DNA of 64,000 bases from Chiloscyllium plagiosum (taxonomy: Eukaryota), in the NCBI RefSeq assembly GCF_004010195.1, contig NC_057718.1:45057907-45121906 (forward strand), given 5' to 3'. This document shows positions 1 to 13,494 of the stretch, piece after piece (position 1 is the first letter of the stretch; every line of letters starts with the position of its first letter). The notes below the pieces were generated by a model. The model had not been told where the DNA came from. It did not search any database and was given only the letters and a program-made list of their open reading frames with translations. Made by a program: the position numbers and the translations under genes.

Positions 1-989
1 GCAGCTTTTTACAATATATATTAATGATTTCGAAAATGGTATTAGTAATAACATTAGCAAATTTGCTGATGATACAAAGCTGGGTGGCAGGGTGAAAAGT
101 GATGAGGATGTTAGGAGATTACAGGGTGACCTGGACAAGTTAGGTGAGTGCTCAGATGCATGGCAGATGCACTTTCACGTGGATAAATGGATCCTTATCC
201 ACTTTGGTGGCAAGAACAGGAAGGCAGATTACCACCTAAGTGGAATCAATTTAGGTAAAGGGGCAGTATAGAGAGATCTGGGGGTTCTTGTACACCACTC
301 AATGATGGTAAGCATGCAGGTACAGCAGGTAGTGAAGAAGGCTAATAGCATGCTGGCCTTCATAACAAGAGGAATTGAGTATAGAAGCGAAGAGGTTCTT
401 CTGCAGCTGTACAGGGCCCTGGTGGGACCACACCTGGAGTACTGTGTGCAGTTCTGGTCTCCAAATTTGAGGAAAGACATTCTGGCTATTGAGGGAGTGC
501 AGTGTAGGTTCACGAGGTCAATTCCTGGAATGGCGGGATTACCTTACACTGAAAGACTGGAGCGACTGGGCTTGTGTACTCTTGAGTTTAGAAGACTGAG
601 AGGGGATCTGATGAGACATATAAGATTATTAAAGGATTGGACACTCTGGAGGCAGGAAACATGTTTCCGCTGATGGGTGAGTGCCGAACCAAAGGACACA
701 GCTTAAAAATACGGGTTAGACCATTTAGGACAGAGATGAGGAGGAACTTCTTCACCCATAGAGTGGTGGCTGTGTGGAATGCTCTGCCCCAGAGGGCAGT
801 GGAGGCCCAGTCTCTGGATTCATTTAAGAAAGAGTTGGATAGAGCTCTCAAGGATTGTGGAATCAAGGGTTACGGAGATAAGGCAGGAACAGGATACTGA
901 TTAAGGATGATCAGCCATGATCATATTGAATGGTGGTGCAGGCTCGAAGGGCAGACTGGCCTACTCCTGCACCTATTGTCTATTGTCTA
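1..989 (+). mobile_element. CR1-clade LINE, 3' part of ORF2 (RT C-terminus) plus 3' UTR and microsatellite tail; frameshifted
   Basis: KFADDTKLG motif near the start; ORFs 302-673 ([19 protein letters not shown]...RRLRGDL) and 637-900 (RRNFFTHRVVAVWNALP) are typical CR1 ORF2; ends in (CTATTGT)n at ~972-989. Confidence 0.93.
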
Positions 990-3900
990 CTAACACACTG
1001 TATGCTTTCTTAAAGCACTATCAACCTGGGTGGCAGGTTTCAGGAGTCTATGTACATGGACTCCAAGATCCCTCTGCACATCCACACGACCAAAAATCTT
1101 TCCATTGACCCAGTATTCTGCCTTCCTGTTATTCTTCCCAAAGTGCATCACCTCACATTTATCTGCATTGAACTCCATTTGCCACCTCTCAGCCCAATTC
1201 TGCAGTTTATCCAAGTCCCCCCGCAACCTGTAACATTCTTCCACATTGTCCATTACTCCACCGACTTTAGTGTCATCTGCAAACTTTCTAATCCATCCAC
1301 CTATGCCTGCATCCTAGTCATTTATAAAAATGACAAACAGCAGTGATTCCAAAACAGATCCTTGTGGCACACCAGTAGTAACCGTTCTTCAGGCTGAATA
1401 TCTTCTATCAACCACCACTCGCTGCTTTCTTTCAGAAAGCCAGTTTCTAATCCAAACTGCTAAATCACCCTCAGTCCCATGCCTCTGTATTTTCTCTAAC
1501 AGCCTACCATATGGAACCTTATCAAATGCTTTACTGAAGTCCATGTACACCACGTCAACTGCCCTACCCTCATCCACACGCTTGGTCACCTCCTCAAAAA
1601 ACTGAAAGAGGTTTGTGAGACATGACCTGCCCTTGACAAAACCATGTTGACCATCTGCAATCAAATTGTTGCTTGCTGGATGGTTATAAGTCCTATCTCT
1701 TTTTATCCCTTCCAAAACATTTCCTACAACAGACATAAGTCTCACTGGTCTATAATTACCTGAGTCATCTCTGCTGCCTTTCTTGAACAAGGGCACAACA
1801 TTTTCAATCCTTCAGTCCTGTAGACAATGGCAACTCAAAGATCAAAGCCAAAGGCTCCAACACCTCTTCCCTAGCTTCGCAGAGAATCTTCGGATAAATC
1901 CCAGCCAGTCCAGGGACTTGTCTACTTTCAATCCTTCTAGAATTAATAACATCTCTTCCTTACTAACCTCAATCCTTTCTAGTCTAATATCTCTTATCTC
2001 ATTCTTCTCCTCCTAAATATTCTGCTTTTCCTGAGTGAAAACTGATGAGAAATATTTGTTTAGCATCTCTCCGATCTCCACAGGGTCCACACACAGTTTC
2101 CCACTTCTGTCTTTGACTGGCCCTATTCCTTCCCCAGTAATCTTTTTATTCCTCACATGCAGAAAGCTTTAGGGTTATCCTTTATTCTACCTGCTAAAGA
2201 CTGCTCATGTCCTCTCTTTACTCTTCTTAACTCTCTCTTTAAATCCTTCCTAGCTAATCTGTAACTCTCCATCAGCTCATCTGAACCATCTTATCTCATT
2301 GTTACATAAGCCTCCTTCTTCCACTTAACAAGAGATGCAATTTCTTTAGTAAACCACGGTTCCCTTGCCTTATCACTTCCTCCCTGCCTGTCAGGGACAT
2401 ACCTATCAAGGACATGCAATGTCTGTTCCTTAAACCAGCTCCACAATCTGATTGTCCCCATCCCCTGTATGTTGCTATCCCATTCTATGCATCCTAAATC
2501 TTGCCTAATCGCATTATAATTGCCCTTCCCCCATCAATAACTCTTGCCCTGTGACATGTACCTATCCCTTTCCATCGCTAAACTAAACATAACCGAATTA
2601 TGGTCACTCTCTCCAAAGTGTTCACCTACCACTAAATCAAACACCTGGCCTGGTTCATTACCAAGCTCCAGATCCAGTGTGGCCTCCCCACTTGTCGGCC
2701 CTTTGACATACTGTGTCAGGAAACACTCCTGCACACATTGGACCAAAACTGATCCATCTGACATACTAGAGTTATAGCATTTCCAGTCAATGTTAGGGAA
2801 GTTAAAGTCCCCATAATGACCACCTTGTTCCTTTCACTCCTACGCAGAATCGTTTTGCCAATCCTCTCCTCCACATCCCTGGAACTCTGTGGAAACCTGC
2901 AAAAACCTCCTAGAAGCGTGACTTCTCCTCTCCTGTTTCTAACCTCATCCCATACTACCTCAGTAGACAAGTCTTCATCAAAAGTTCTTTCAGCCACTGT
3001 TATGCTGCCCTTAACTAACAAGGCCACACCTCCTCCTCTTTTACTGCCTTCCCTGATCTTAATGGAAAATCTAAATTCTGGAACCTGCAACATCCATTCC
3101 TCACCCTGCTCTATCCATGTCTCCAAAATGGCCACAACATCGAAGTCCCAGGTACCTATCCGTGCTGCAAGCTCAACTACCTTATTTTAGATACTTCTGG
3201 CATTGAAGTAGGCACACTTCAAACCAGCTTGCTGTCTGCCAGCACACTCCTGTGACCGTGAAATCCTGTCCATGTCCTCCCTACTCACATCCTCCTGTGC
3301 ACTGGAACTACACCTCAGGTTCCTAAATCCCTGCTGAGCTAGTTTAAATCCACCCAAATAGCACCAGCAAATTTCCCACCCAGGATATTAGTACCCCTCT
3401 GGGTTCAAGTGAAGACCATCCTGTTTGCAGAGGTCCCACCTTCGCCGAATGAGCCCCAATTATCCATGGTACCTGAACCCCTCCCTCCTGCACCATCCCT
3501 ACAGCCATGTGTTCAGCTGATATCTCTCCCTATTCCTTGCCTCGCTATCGCATGGCACAGTTAACAAACCAGGGATAACAACTCGGTTTGTTCTAGCTCT
3601 CAGCTTCCACCATAGCTCCCTGAAATCCTGCCTTACATTCCCTATTCCTCTTTCTACCTATGTTGTTGGTACCAACGTGGACCATGACTTGGGGTTGGTC
3701 ACCCTCTTCCTTCAGGACCCCAAAGGTACGATCCGAAACACCATGGACCCTGGCACCTGTGAGGCAACACACCAACCGCGAGTCTCGTTCGTTCTCAACA
3801 AGCTTTCTATCTGACCCTCTAACTATTGAGTCCCCAATGATTAACACTCTCCTCTTTCCCCAACTTCCCTTCTGTGCAACAGGGACAGACACTGTGCCAG

Positions 3901-4520
3901 AGACTTGCACCCCACTGCATGCTCCTGGTAAGTCATTCCCCCCCAACAGTATCCAAAACGGTATATCCCACAGGGGATTACTGAACTGACTGTTATTTCC
4001 CCTTCAAACAGTCACCCAGCTTTCTTTGTGCCTAGGAGTAACTGCTTCCATGTAACTCTTATCTATCACAGCCTCTGCTTCCTGAATGATCTGAAGTTCA
4101 TCCAGCTCCTGCTCCAGTTCCCTAATGCAGACTTGGAGGAGCAAGGCTTGGGTGCACTTCCTGCAGATGTACTTGGATGGGACACTAATGGCGTCCCTCA
4201 CCTCAAACATCATGCAGGAAAAACATTCCTGTCCCTGCACTGCCATACCTGCTAGTCCCCTTATCAGAATATTAAAAAAAGAGAGGCTTACCTGATGTGT
4301 CCCTGGTGTTTAAATTTAGAGAAGGTGGTTGGGTGGGAGGTCCTACAAAGGTAGGGTGTCGGGTTTAGAAAACACTCACTTATATAGCTGGAGGGAAATA
4401 AGAAAAGTCCCTCCTTTCCCAGAAGCCTCTGCTCTCCGATGTCAGATGTAAAGACTCAAATCAGTGACTCATTCCTCCCGACAGGCCCCTGGTCCAAGCT
4501 CCCGCCCTTTGTGCTGCTGC
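990..4520 (-). mobile_element. Near full-length decayed CR1-clade LINE (ORF1 zinc finger/coiled coil/esterase; ORF2 endonuclease + RT); its 3' end is cut by the + strand LINE
   Basis: Collinear on minus: 4004-4246 (CFSC..CRKC, ELEQELDEL), 3593-3946 (IIGDSIVRG...HVGTNNIG, SGNH-like), 2716-3135 and 2534-2764 (ETW, GGGVALLV, SDHN endonuclease motifs), 1389-1796 (NYRPV..QHGF..GRSCLTNL..DFSKAFDKV), 990-1253 (WQMEFNADKC). Confidence 0.93.
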
Positions 4521-5024
4521 TGCTGATAAACAGAAATAGGTTGATAGGTCTTGATGACACTGGATAGTTCCAAGGATGTATGTACCATTTACACACAGAC
4601 TTTCCTAAATCTAACAGACCAAGATTACACCTGACTCTTGTCAAAGAATCCTGGGCCGCTATCAGAAAGAATATCTGATGCCCACGGTTATCTATGTATT
4701 TGTGTGGTTTTGCTCCTTTAAGAGAGCAGGTCCTTTCCATTCCAATTCAATGGCCGTCTGCCTCTGGGAACCTGCCACGTACAAACTACCACCTACATCC
4801 CAGTCCCACTCAACTGAAAACAAGAAACATTGGAGTTTGACCCATGACTTTAGATTAGTGATGTTTTCCAGTATTTTGCTGCAATTGAAATCGTCGTCTA
4901 TCATTGCTAAAATTAAGGCCTATACTTAATAGGTTTGTAGGTAGCTCAGTTAATTACCCATCATTTTTGGACAACTAGCTCTAACAGCTTCCTGTCTCCC
5001 TTACCGCTGGGGAAATAGCCCTAG

Positions 5025-5130
5025 ACAGAAGGAAGAAAGTCACATTGAACTCAAAGTGAACTCTCTCTACAGAGATGGTGACAAACCTACTGAGTTTCTC
5101 CAGCATTTCCATTGTTTATCTCAATTAAAT
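5025..5130 (+). repeat. Old Penelope-type terminal repeat fragment (second, more diverged family)
   Basis: gaagaaagtcacattgaactcaaagtgaactctct...cctactgagtttctccagcattt resembles 16250-16380 and 24066-24200. Confidence 0.5.
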
Positions 5131-5271
5131 TTCCCACAACCTCTACTATTGAAAGCAAAGAACCCTGATCTAATTAATCATTCCTCATGGTGCAAGTTCT
5201 TTGTTCCTGACAGCATCTTTGTCAGGCCCCTGTGTCTGCTCACTGTATGGTTATGTTCTTCCTGTAATATT

Positions 5272-5484
5272 AAGGAGAAAGTGAGGACTGCAGATGCTGG
5301 AGATCAGGGCTGGGAGTGTGGTGCTGGAAAAGCACAGCAGGTCAGGCAGCATCCGAGGAGCAGGAGAATGTTTTAGGCATAAGCCTTTCATCAGAGATCA
5401 TCAGGAATTATGCCCAAAACATCGATTCTCCTGCTCCTCAGATGCTGCCTGATCTACCATGCTTTTCCAGTACCACACTCCCCA
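5272..5484. mobile_element. Foldback mini-element of two inverted Penelope-like terminal repeats, inserted in an old CR1 fragment
   Basis: Inverted arms (gtgtggtgctggaaaagcacagcaggtcaggcagcatc / gatgctgcctgatctaccatgcttttccagtaccacac); degenerate target duplication tcttcctgtaatat 5257-5270 vs tcttcccataatgt 5486-5499. Confidence 0.85.
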
Positions 5485-5954
5485 CTCTTCCCATAATGTG
5501 GTGACTGGAAGTATAAATATTGTCCAGCTGAGACCCACCTCTGCCTGTGCTGCTAACCCACTACAGACTTCTGCAAACCCTTTGCACTGTTGCCTACTTG
5601 TAGTCAGGGTCACTCCTTGATTCTGACCCCCTGTTTGCTATTGATCTAGCAAAAGCCAATGCCTCAACTGTGGTACTGTCAATCAAAAGATTTGGCAGTC
5701 TTTGATTGGGCAGCAGCTCGTGGTAAATGGGATTTCCAATCCTAGGTTCTTAATCTTGGAAAATATCCACCTCCTGAGTGGAAGTGGCAATGTAGACCTC
5801 TTGTCAGCTTTCTAACCAACACGCAAGAATCTCAATGCCTTGATAAATTCCAGACCCTGGGTATCATTTTCAACCTTCCTCAAAACATTCAGTTGAATTA
5901 GACAACCATGACCTTTTGTCTGCTTTAAGGTGAGTTAATGTTGTAGTTTTTTTT

Positions 5955-6445
5955 TTATTTATTCATTTATGGAATGTGCGTGTTGCTGGCTGGCCAGCAT
6001 TTATTGCCCATGCCTAGTTGCTATTGAGAAGGTGGTGGTGAGCTGCTTTTTTGAACTGCTGCAGTCCACCTGCTGTGGGTTGACCCACAATACCATTAGG
6101 GAGAGAATTCCAGGAATTTGACCCAGTAACAGTGAAGGAATGGTCATATATTTCCAAGTCAGGATGGTGAGTGGCTTGGAGAGGAACTTGAAGGTGGTTG
6201 TGTTCTCCAATATCTACTGCCCTTGTCCTGCGGTCTTGTGTTTGGAAGGTGCTGTCTGAATTTCTGCAGTATATCTTGTAGATAGTACACACTGCTGCTA
6301 CTGAACATCAGTGGTGGACAAAGTGGATGTTTGTGGATGTAGTGCCAATCAAGCAGGCTGCTTTGTCCTGAACGGTGTCAAGTTTCTTGAGTGTTGTTGG
6401 AGCTGCACTCATCCAGGTAAGTGGCGGGTATTCCATCACACTCCC
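5955..6445 (-). mobile_element. LINE 3' end fragment (CR1/L2-group family ending ...LQQFKKAAHHHLL)
   Basis: ORF 6014-6292 SWNSLPNGIV...QQFKKAAHHHLL; related pieces at ~51660-51980, ~52850-53150 and ~56640-56995. Confidence 0.75.
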
Positions 6446-6489
6446 CAGACTTGTACTTTGGTGGAGTGTAGGTGATGTCATGCTCATGT

Positions 6490-6830
6490 CACCGGGCTAT
6501 GTAATCCAGAGGTTCCAGCTAACTTTTTGGGTATATGTGATCAAATCCCACCATGACAGCTGAAATTTGAATTCATTTAATAAATCTAGAATATAAAGAT
6601 AGCCTTATGACTACCCTTTCTGAGACTGTTATTGGTTGTTGTAAAAACCTAGTTGGTTCAATGTACTCTGCGGAAGGAAATTTATCATCCTTACCTTGTG
6701 ACTCCTGGCCCACAGAAATACAGTGGACTTTTAACTACTGTCTGAAATCTACTAAGTTCAATTGTAATTATGGATAGACATCAAATGCTGACTTTGCCAG
6801 CAACACCCACAACGTGTGAAAAAAGAAGTC
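6490..6830 (+). mobile_element. SINE-like repeat whose 3' end resembles that of the LINE at 5955-6445
   Basis: B-box-like tcaaatccc, then aaatttgaattc..aataaatctagaat body, ending aaatgctgactttgccagcaacacccac; similar copy at ~55165-55440. Confidence 0.5.
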
Positions 6831-7389
6831 ATGCTGACTGTCTTTGTAAACCAATGGTATTCAAAATGATAATTTATTCTGTCCCTTAATTGCATTAATA
6901 TTTCCAGTGCTGATGTTATTCTGACTGGCCAGTAATTTCTGTTATTTTTAAACAACAGCATAAAACTAGTAGTGAGTGTGACCAGTATTAATTATGTTTA
7001 AGGAAGGTCAGTGAAAAGCAGAATTGGGTTTGACAGAAACATTAAAAAGAAATGGGATGAGTACTTGAAGGGAAGGAAAATAAAGAATGTGATTGGGAAA
7101 ATAGCATGGGAGTAAGATTAATTGAATAGCTTTGTGAAGGAGGTGGCACTAGGACAATCAGCGAAACAGCCTCTTTCTGTGCCATATTGAATGTACTAAA
7201 TCCATGTTCCTATCATGTCCAAGTTCCTCCTTACCCTTTCTCATCTCCCCAGGATGTTGCGGCCAGCATTTCAGGTTGATAACTTTTCATTAGAACTGGA
7301 AGTAATTACATTTTTAATAGTTTGTAAGCAAGTGCAGAATCAGGGAAAAGGGGGAAGGAAAGAATAAAAGGAAGATGCATGATAAGTCT

Positions 7390-7877
7390 ATACATCGAAG
7401 GAAGGATGTTGGAACGGTTCCACAGGAGGTTGACAAGAATGATCCCAGAGGTGAAGGGCTTGTCAAATGAGGAGTGTTTGAGGATTCTGGGTCTGTACTA
7501 ATGGAGTTTAGAAGGATGAAGGAGGGATCTCATTGAAACTTATAGAATACGGAAAGGCCCGGAGAGAGTCAATGTGGAAAAGATGTTTCCACTGGTATTA
7601 GAGAATAGGACCCAGAGTGAAGGGACAACCTTTTAGAACTGAGATAAGGAGGGATTTCTTCAGCCAGAGGGTGGTTTATCTATGGAGCTCATTGCTACAG
7701 AGGGATTTGGAGGCCACATCATTGAGTCGAAAAGACTGAGATGGATAGGTTCTTGATTGGTAAGGGGATAAAGGGTTACAGTGAAAAGGCAGGAGAATGG
7801 GTTTGAGAAATAGATCAGCCATGGTTGAATTGGGAGCAGACTCAATGGCCTAATTCTGCTCACGTATCCTGTGGTCA
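7390..7877 (+). mobile_element. CR1 LINE 3' fragment
   Basis: aggaggttgacaagaatgatccca...gagtttagaaggatgaaggagggatctcattgaa...ttcttcagccagagggtggt, homologous to 480-960. Confidence 0.85.
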
Positions 7878-8779
7878 TAGGGTAGAGGCAGAAATTGCTG
7901 TCTAAAATCATGGTGGAGAGCAAAAGGGTTTGTTCATGAGATAATTACACAAACAAAAGATGGGTCCAGAGGATATGTCATCAGCTATAGCAAAATCATT
8001 GCTATCCCATGTAATTTCACAGTATTTAACCTAGCCAATTATAGAAAGCTTCTCCAAAGTACCATATTAATATTATTATAAAGTAACATTTTTCCAGCAT
8101 TTACTTAATAGAAACTCCTCCATGCAAGCTGTAACCATAAAATTAGTAGTGATTCCTATAAAGATGTTTTTGACTCCAGGAGACAAATTAACAATTACTA
8201 ATGTTGCTCCCAGATGGCAAGTATGAACATTGAGCCAAACTCATTTTCTTTCTGAAGCTAAATCTGTTTTTCCAATGTGTGACAAATCTCTCTGACAATT
8301 TTCTTTCCTTGGAACTGAAACAAGCAGCACAGTTGGCATGTGACTGATAACTAGAAATAATCAGTCAGATGTAATACGAAGATGTAAGTAACATTTTCTT
8401 TTCAGTTGCTGAAGTCAATACAATCTGCTAGTGCACGGCAGGATCCTTAAATGTAAGCGTGGAAGAAGCACATGTGACATTTTGAAAATCTGTTAAATGT
8501 CACAATGAAATGAATATGCACTGAAATATATAGATAAAAAGCAATTGTGTTGTAGCAAATCAATCAAGAGAATGAACTACCAATTCAAACCATAGAAACA
8601 AAGTTCCAGCAGTGCCCTTTAGTCACTCCATAATCTTTTTAATTGTAACTGATATTGGTTCTACAGTGGAATGAAGTTTAACCTGCTGGTATGAATGCAT
8701 ATCAGTGCATGTAGCAGGTTAAAAGGGTAAACATTGGAAGAAGCCAACAAGAATCCTCCAACTTGCACATTTAACTCAA

Positions 8780-9400
8780 AAAAGTTACAATAGAAGCCAT
8801 GTGAACCCATGAGTGGAAATTGATCATTCAGTCCTTCAACTAAAATTGCCAGATGACACCATGAAGATCTAATCAGTATTTTTACAAAAGGACTTGCCAT
8901 ATTATTGCAAGATTTTCTGCTTGCCTGTTCAAAAAGGTGGGTTGTTATGATCCCAACTGATGGCACTACAGGACAAGTCAGATCTCAGATTCAATTTGGC
9001 CTGATAGCCTTTTAAATTTCAGTTAATAAGGTGGTCATTCACTGAAACATAGTCATGTGAAGATGCAGAGTTTCTTTAAAAAAATAACAGAAGTTTATTA
9101 AACATAATATGATACAAATAAAACAAGCCAGGTTACCTGGATAAAAAACATAGTTAGAAAGATTTTTTAAAATTCTAAGCAAAAAAAACTTTCAAGCTAT
9201 TCCTCAACATTATCACTTTAAAGCGATTTATATCCAGAGGAACTATCCCTCTGTGTCAAACCTTTATGATCAACATAGCTGATTCTCTCCAGTTCTTTCC
9301 TGTGAACTATGATGTTACCTTGCATGAATATTCACAAAATAGAGAGCTTAAAATTTCACAGTTTTTTTAATAACCTGCAGGTTTATAACCAAACACACCT
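8780..9400 (+). mobile_element. Very old Gypsy-like remnant (RNase H end, purine tract, LTR start)
   Basis: EWKLIIQSFN at ~8811-8840 resembles KWSLLLQPFN at ~34322; purine-rich aaaaaggtggg, then tgttatgatccca..ggacaagtca, a motif also seen inverted at ~40835-40870. Confidence 0.35.
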
Positions 9401-11322
9401 GTTCTGGCAGTTAGTCCATACACCATAAAAAATAAGAATAGGAGTCGGCCATTTGGCCTCTCAAGCCTGCTCTTTGATCCGAAATTCTTCACGTTTCATT
9501 TTCCTGCCCTTTCCTGTAACACTTGATTCTCCTACTGATTAAGAATCTAGCTCAGCCTTAAATACACACAAGGACTGTACCCTGTAGCTCTCTGTGGCAA
9601 GACATTCCAAAGGTGCACAAACTAAACTTTTCTACTGAGGTAATTGTACATCTCCTGAATTAGTTTGTGTTCCTTTTTTAGGAGAGAACAATATTTGCTT
9701 CTGACTGGTATGTTCTTTTCCCGAGGTTTCGCACATGAAATGCAATTTGCACGCACCAACTTCTGCAAACAGTTAAGGTTTAGTAAAGCTTATACAAGCT
9801 CGGTGACCCCCTTTGATCCATCTCACAGGCATGCGAGGTCAAGTCAAAGTGAGGCCCTGAACAAAGAAAACACATCCCCTTTATACAGGTCAGTTGGCCA
9901 TGCCTACAGATCCTCTGGACACACCTCCACAGTCACATGCCACTCAAGACAAGCCCCAGTTACTCACAGTCACATTACCCCAGGCACAATGGCAGGATGA
10001 GATCACCCTCAGAGATAATGCAAATGCTAATGCCCTAACCCTGGGAAATTGTTATGCAGACGATTTCCTGACTCAGTGATTCCCCAAGACAATGCAGGTA
10101 TGGCATACTTCTGGCCAGAAAGCATTTTTGGATGGATGATATTGAATTATAGCTTAACTTGACAATAGCAGGGGAGTAATAGCAAATGACTATCTAAATT
10201 AAATGTAAGTTACCATGGATGGTCATCCACATTTTTTTATGATTATTGTCCTGACCCAAAGACAGTGCAGTTTAACCCTTTAACATTACATTTATGTCCA
10301 GAGAGATATTCCCATTTAATCTTTTAACATTATGTTCCTCTCTTTTGTCATTCCATGATAACCAGCTAGGTGACACTACCAGCTTTCATAAGACTCTGAC
10401 AGCCAGTGTTTAGGCAAGTTATTGATACACAACATGCAATGATTATAACAACAAAAATTACTAGTCCGCTCAGTAGATAGAATTTCTAGGACCCTTCCAC
10501 ATGGGAAAAAGTTCACCAGTAAAGTTCTTAAATCCAAAGTCCTTGGTGACCACTTCATCCCCTCCAAGGCGAGTAGAAAGAAGCCAGTTCTCCAAAATCC
10601 CCTTCAGTAAAGTCCAACCTGAAAACAAAATTCAGTCTGCTCTTGCATCACTCCTCAGAGAAATCTGAATTCTTGGATAAGGGCAATTAAATACTTACCA
10701 AACTGATGAGATTTCCATCCTTGTGGAGATGCGTCAAATGGAGGATACCAGTGCATCTGAGTGTGCAGTGCAGCATCAGGTTAGGTGAACATAGTGCTCT
10801 TTGCTGCTTCTGCTCCCACTCTGCTGTTAAATGTAACAAAGCCAACTAGCTGTTGTGATGTAAGTCTGATCAGTGAATCATGATGTCCCTTAAATGATTG
10901 AAAGACAAGGTAAAGCTCACATGGTTTGATGCCCATAGGAAGGCAAGTGACAAAAAGCGTACAGACCTCCTCTTGTTTTTAGTTTCTTCACTTTTCATGC
11001 TCATTACTGGGGAGCTGATTAAATCCATTGGATCAGGTTGTGGAGGGGCGGGCAGTGGTCCGAAGGTGGGCTTTACTTGTGAATGGAGAAACTCTTGAGA
11101 TGATGAAAGTCTTTTTGCATTTCCTGTCTCATCTCTTCCTTGCCAAGGTGCTTATCAGTATGAAGACAGTCACACACTTAACCACACTAACCTGTGTCTG
11201 CCTAGTTCAACATTCTTTGAGTTATTAAAATCTGTTACTCTGTTCACTATGTATGTCATTATCAAGTCTTATAATTTCCATAAACTTCTAAATTGTACTG
11301 CCTAAGCCTAAACAATTCAGTC

Positions 11323-12602
11323 AATTATAAACCACAATCAATCATCCTCAAATCAAACCCTCGGGTACTTCATTCAGGTTATTCAAAAAATATTTTCCTT
11401 TAACAAATTAATACTTGGCTAATGTGAAAGCTGTCAGGAAAAGTAGTTCAAAATCTGGAACAGCAAGAAAACAACAAAATGTTTCCTGTGCTTTAGCAAT
11501 TGAAGAGGCAGCTTCAGTTCAGATTTAAATCACAAAAATTTGTGGGAAACAAATGCAGAACATTTTAAAATATGTTCTCCAAATGTTTTGCCTTACTTGA
11601 ATGAGGATCTCAATTCATTGTGTTTTGTGGGCTATGTAATAGGGCAGATTTTGATTTTACATTGAAAGTGTACAGCATTATGTCCTTTCTAAAATTATCA
11701 AACATGTAACCTTAAAATAAATTGATTGAGGACCTGATTTGTTTGAAATTCTACAATGCCTATTTAAAAAGCAACAATTTTTTTTAGGTTAGATTACATA
11801 CAGTGTGGAAACAGGCCCTTCAGCCCAACAAGTCCACACCAATCCTCCGAAGAGCAACCCACCCTTCTACATCTAACACAAGAGGCAATTTAGCATGGCC
11901 AATTCACCTAGCCTGCACATTTTTGCTCTGTGGGAGGAAACCCACACAGACACAGGGAGAATGTGCAAACTCCATAGAGACAGTTGCCTGAGGCAGGAAT
12001 TGAACCTGGGTCTCTGGCGCTGTGAGGCAGCAGTGCTAACCACTATGCCACTGTCCCACCCTTGCATTGGAGGTGATGCTTTCGCCAGATGACAGTATTG
12101 TATTATAATATCTTTGTTGCTGCTGTGATTTTAATGCAGAGTGTTCACAAAAGGGAGAGTGCATTTTAAGTTTGATATTTTGATAAGAGTTTAAGGAATA
12201 TTAGAACTTGAAGCTGAGTTGTTTCAGTTCTGTCAATTATTGTTAAGACTTCATTGGCCCCCTTCATATTGCAAATTCAAAGAATGTTGATCTCTACCAA
12301 AGTTGCCACTGTAATTCCGACTGTTTATTTGGGAAGTTTCATTTGGAGAACATATTTTAAAATGTTCTGCATTTGTTTCCCACAAATTTTTGTGATTTAA
12401 ATCTGAACTGAAGCTGCCTCTTCAATTGCTAAAGCACAGGAAACATTTTGTTGTTTTCTTGCTGTTCCAGATTTTGAACTACTTTTCCTGACAGCTTTCA
12501 CATTAGCCAAGCATTAATTTGTTAAAGGAAAATATTTTTTGAATAACCTGAATGAAGTACCCGAGGGTTTGATTTGAGGATGATTGATTGTGGTTTATAA
12601 TT
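11323..12602. repeat. 263 bp near-perfect inverted repeat (11323-11585 / 12340-12602), 754 bp spacer
   Basis: Arms are reverse complements; one mismatch seen (aatact vs aatgct). Confidence 0.95.
11785..12061 (-). mobile_element. HE1-type tRNA-derived SINE
   Basis: Reverse complement of gtggcatagtggttagcactgctgcctcacagcgccagagacccaggttcaattcc...ggcctgtttccacactg. Confidence 0.9.
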
Positions 12603-13494
12603 AAAAGGATTTTCTGAACCAGTATTTTAACAAAACAAAAGATTTAAATATCAAACACTCACAGCATGGCAGAATTTACATTGAAACTTCCCCCCTCAAC
12701 CCAAGTATTAGTACAATCTTAATATCAGTGTTTCTTGTTTTTTTTCTGAAGAGCTTCTGGTCAGCATTCTTCTCATTTTAATCTGGGTGAAAAATGCACA
12801 CATTTGAGACCTCCCTCGGTTCACCCAGTAATGATGCATAAAATGGAAAATGAGGAGTCAAAAAGATGGAGGAGGTGGCTCCAAAAGATCCACACCAGAG
12901 TCAGACAAAAATAAATCATGTCCACAGACTCCTAATCAACCACTACGACACAGAAATAAAACACAAGCGCTAGTCCAAAATTCCCAAAGCTTCAGAAACC
13001 TCACAGCGTCTGGCGCGCACACAGAAAAAGATCACCAAAACATCCTCACCTCGGTGGAAACTGGACTGAAGAACGTCACCCCACCACCGGACAAGGCTGC
13101 GAAGGAAAGACCAGCCATACCCTCACGACAAAATCAAACCCACAAAAAATAGCCTCGCAGTGGAGCACATGGTGCCACAGTCCAGGCCACTCCTTTTCCC
13201 CCAGAACAAAGGTTCACAGAGTCGAGTTCACAGAACAAAAGCCCGGGCAAAGCTTCCCTGGCAGTCAATGCACTTTACTGTTGGAACCCGAGCAGACCAA
13301 CTACACTTTCTCCCCTTTTCACCAGTGACGCCATATTGTCTAAAAGTACTTTGAAGGGGAGGTGTGTGGGACAAAGGCAACAATTGTAACAAGTACTAAA
13401 TTCTAACTTTTTAATGCTCCAGAGCCTCAAATCTCACTTCTAGAGGACTTTAAACTACTTTTTCCCTCAAGGATTTTAAAATCCTTTTCAACTC

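Noticed and set aside
12850..13354. Plus-strand ORFs of 100 and 64 aa as gag
   Set aside because: Antisense to the LTR element orientation set by the PBS and PPT, with no capsid or zinc-knuckle motif
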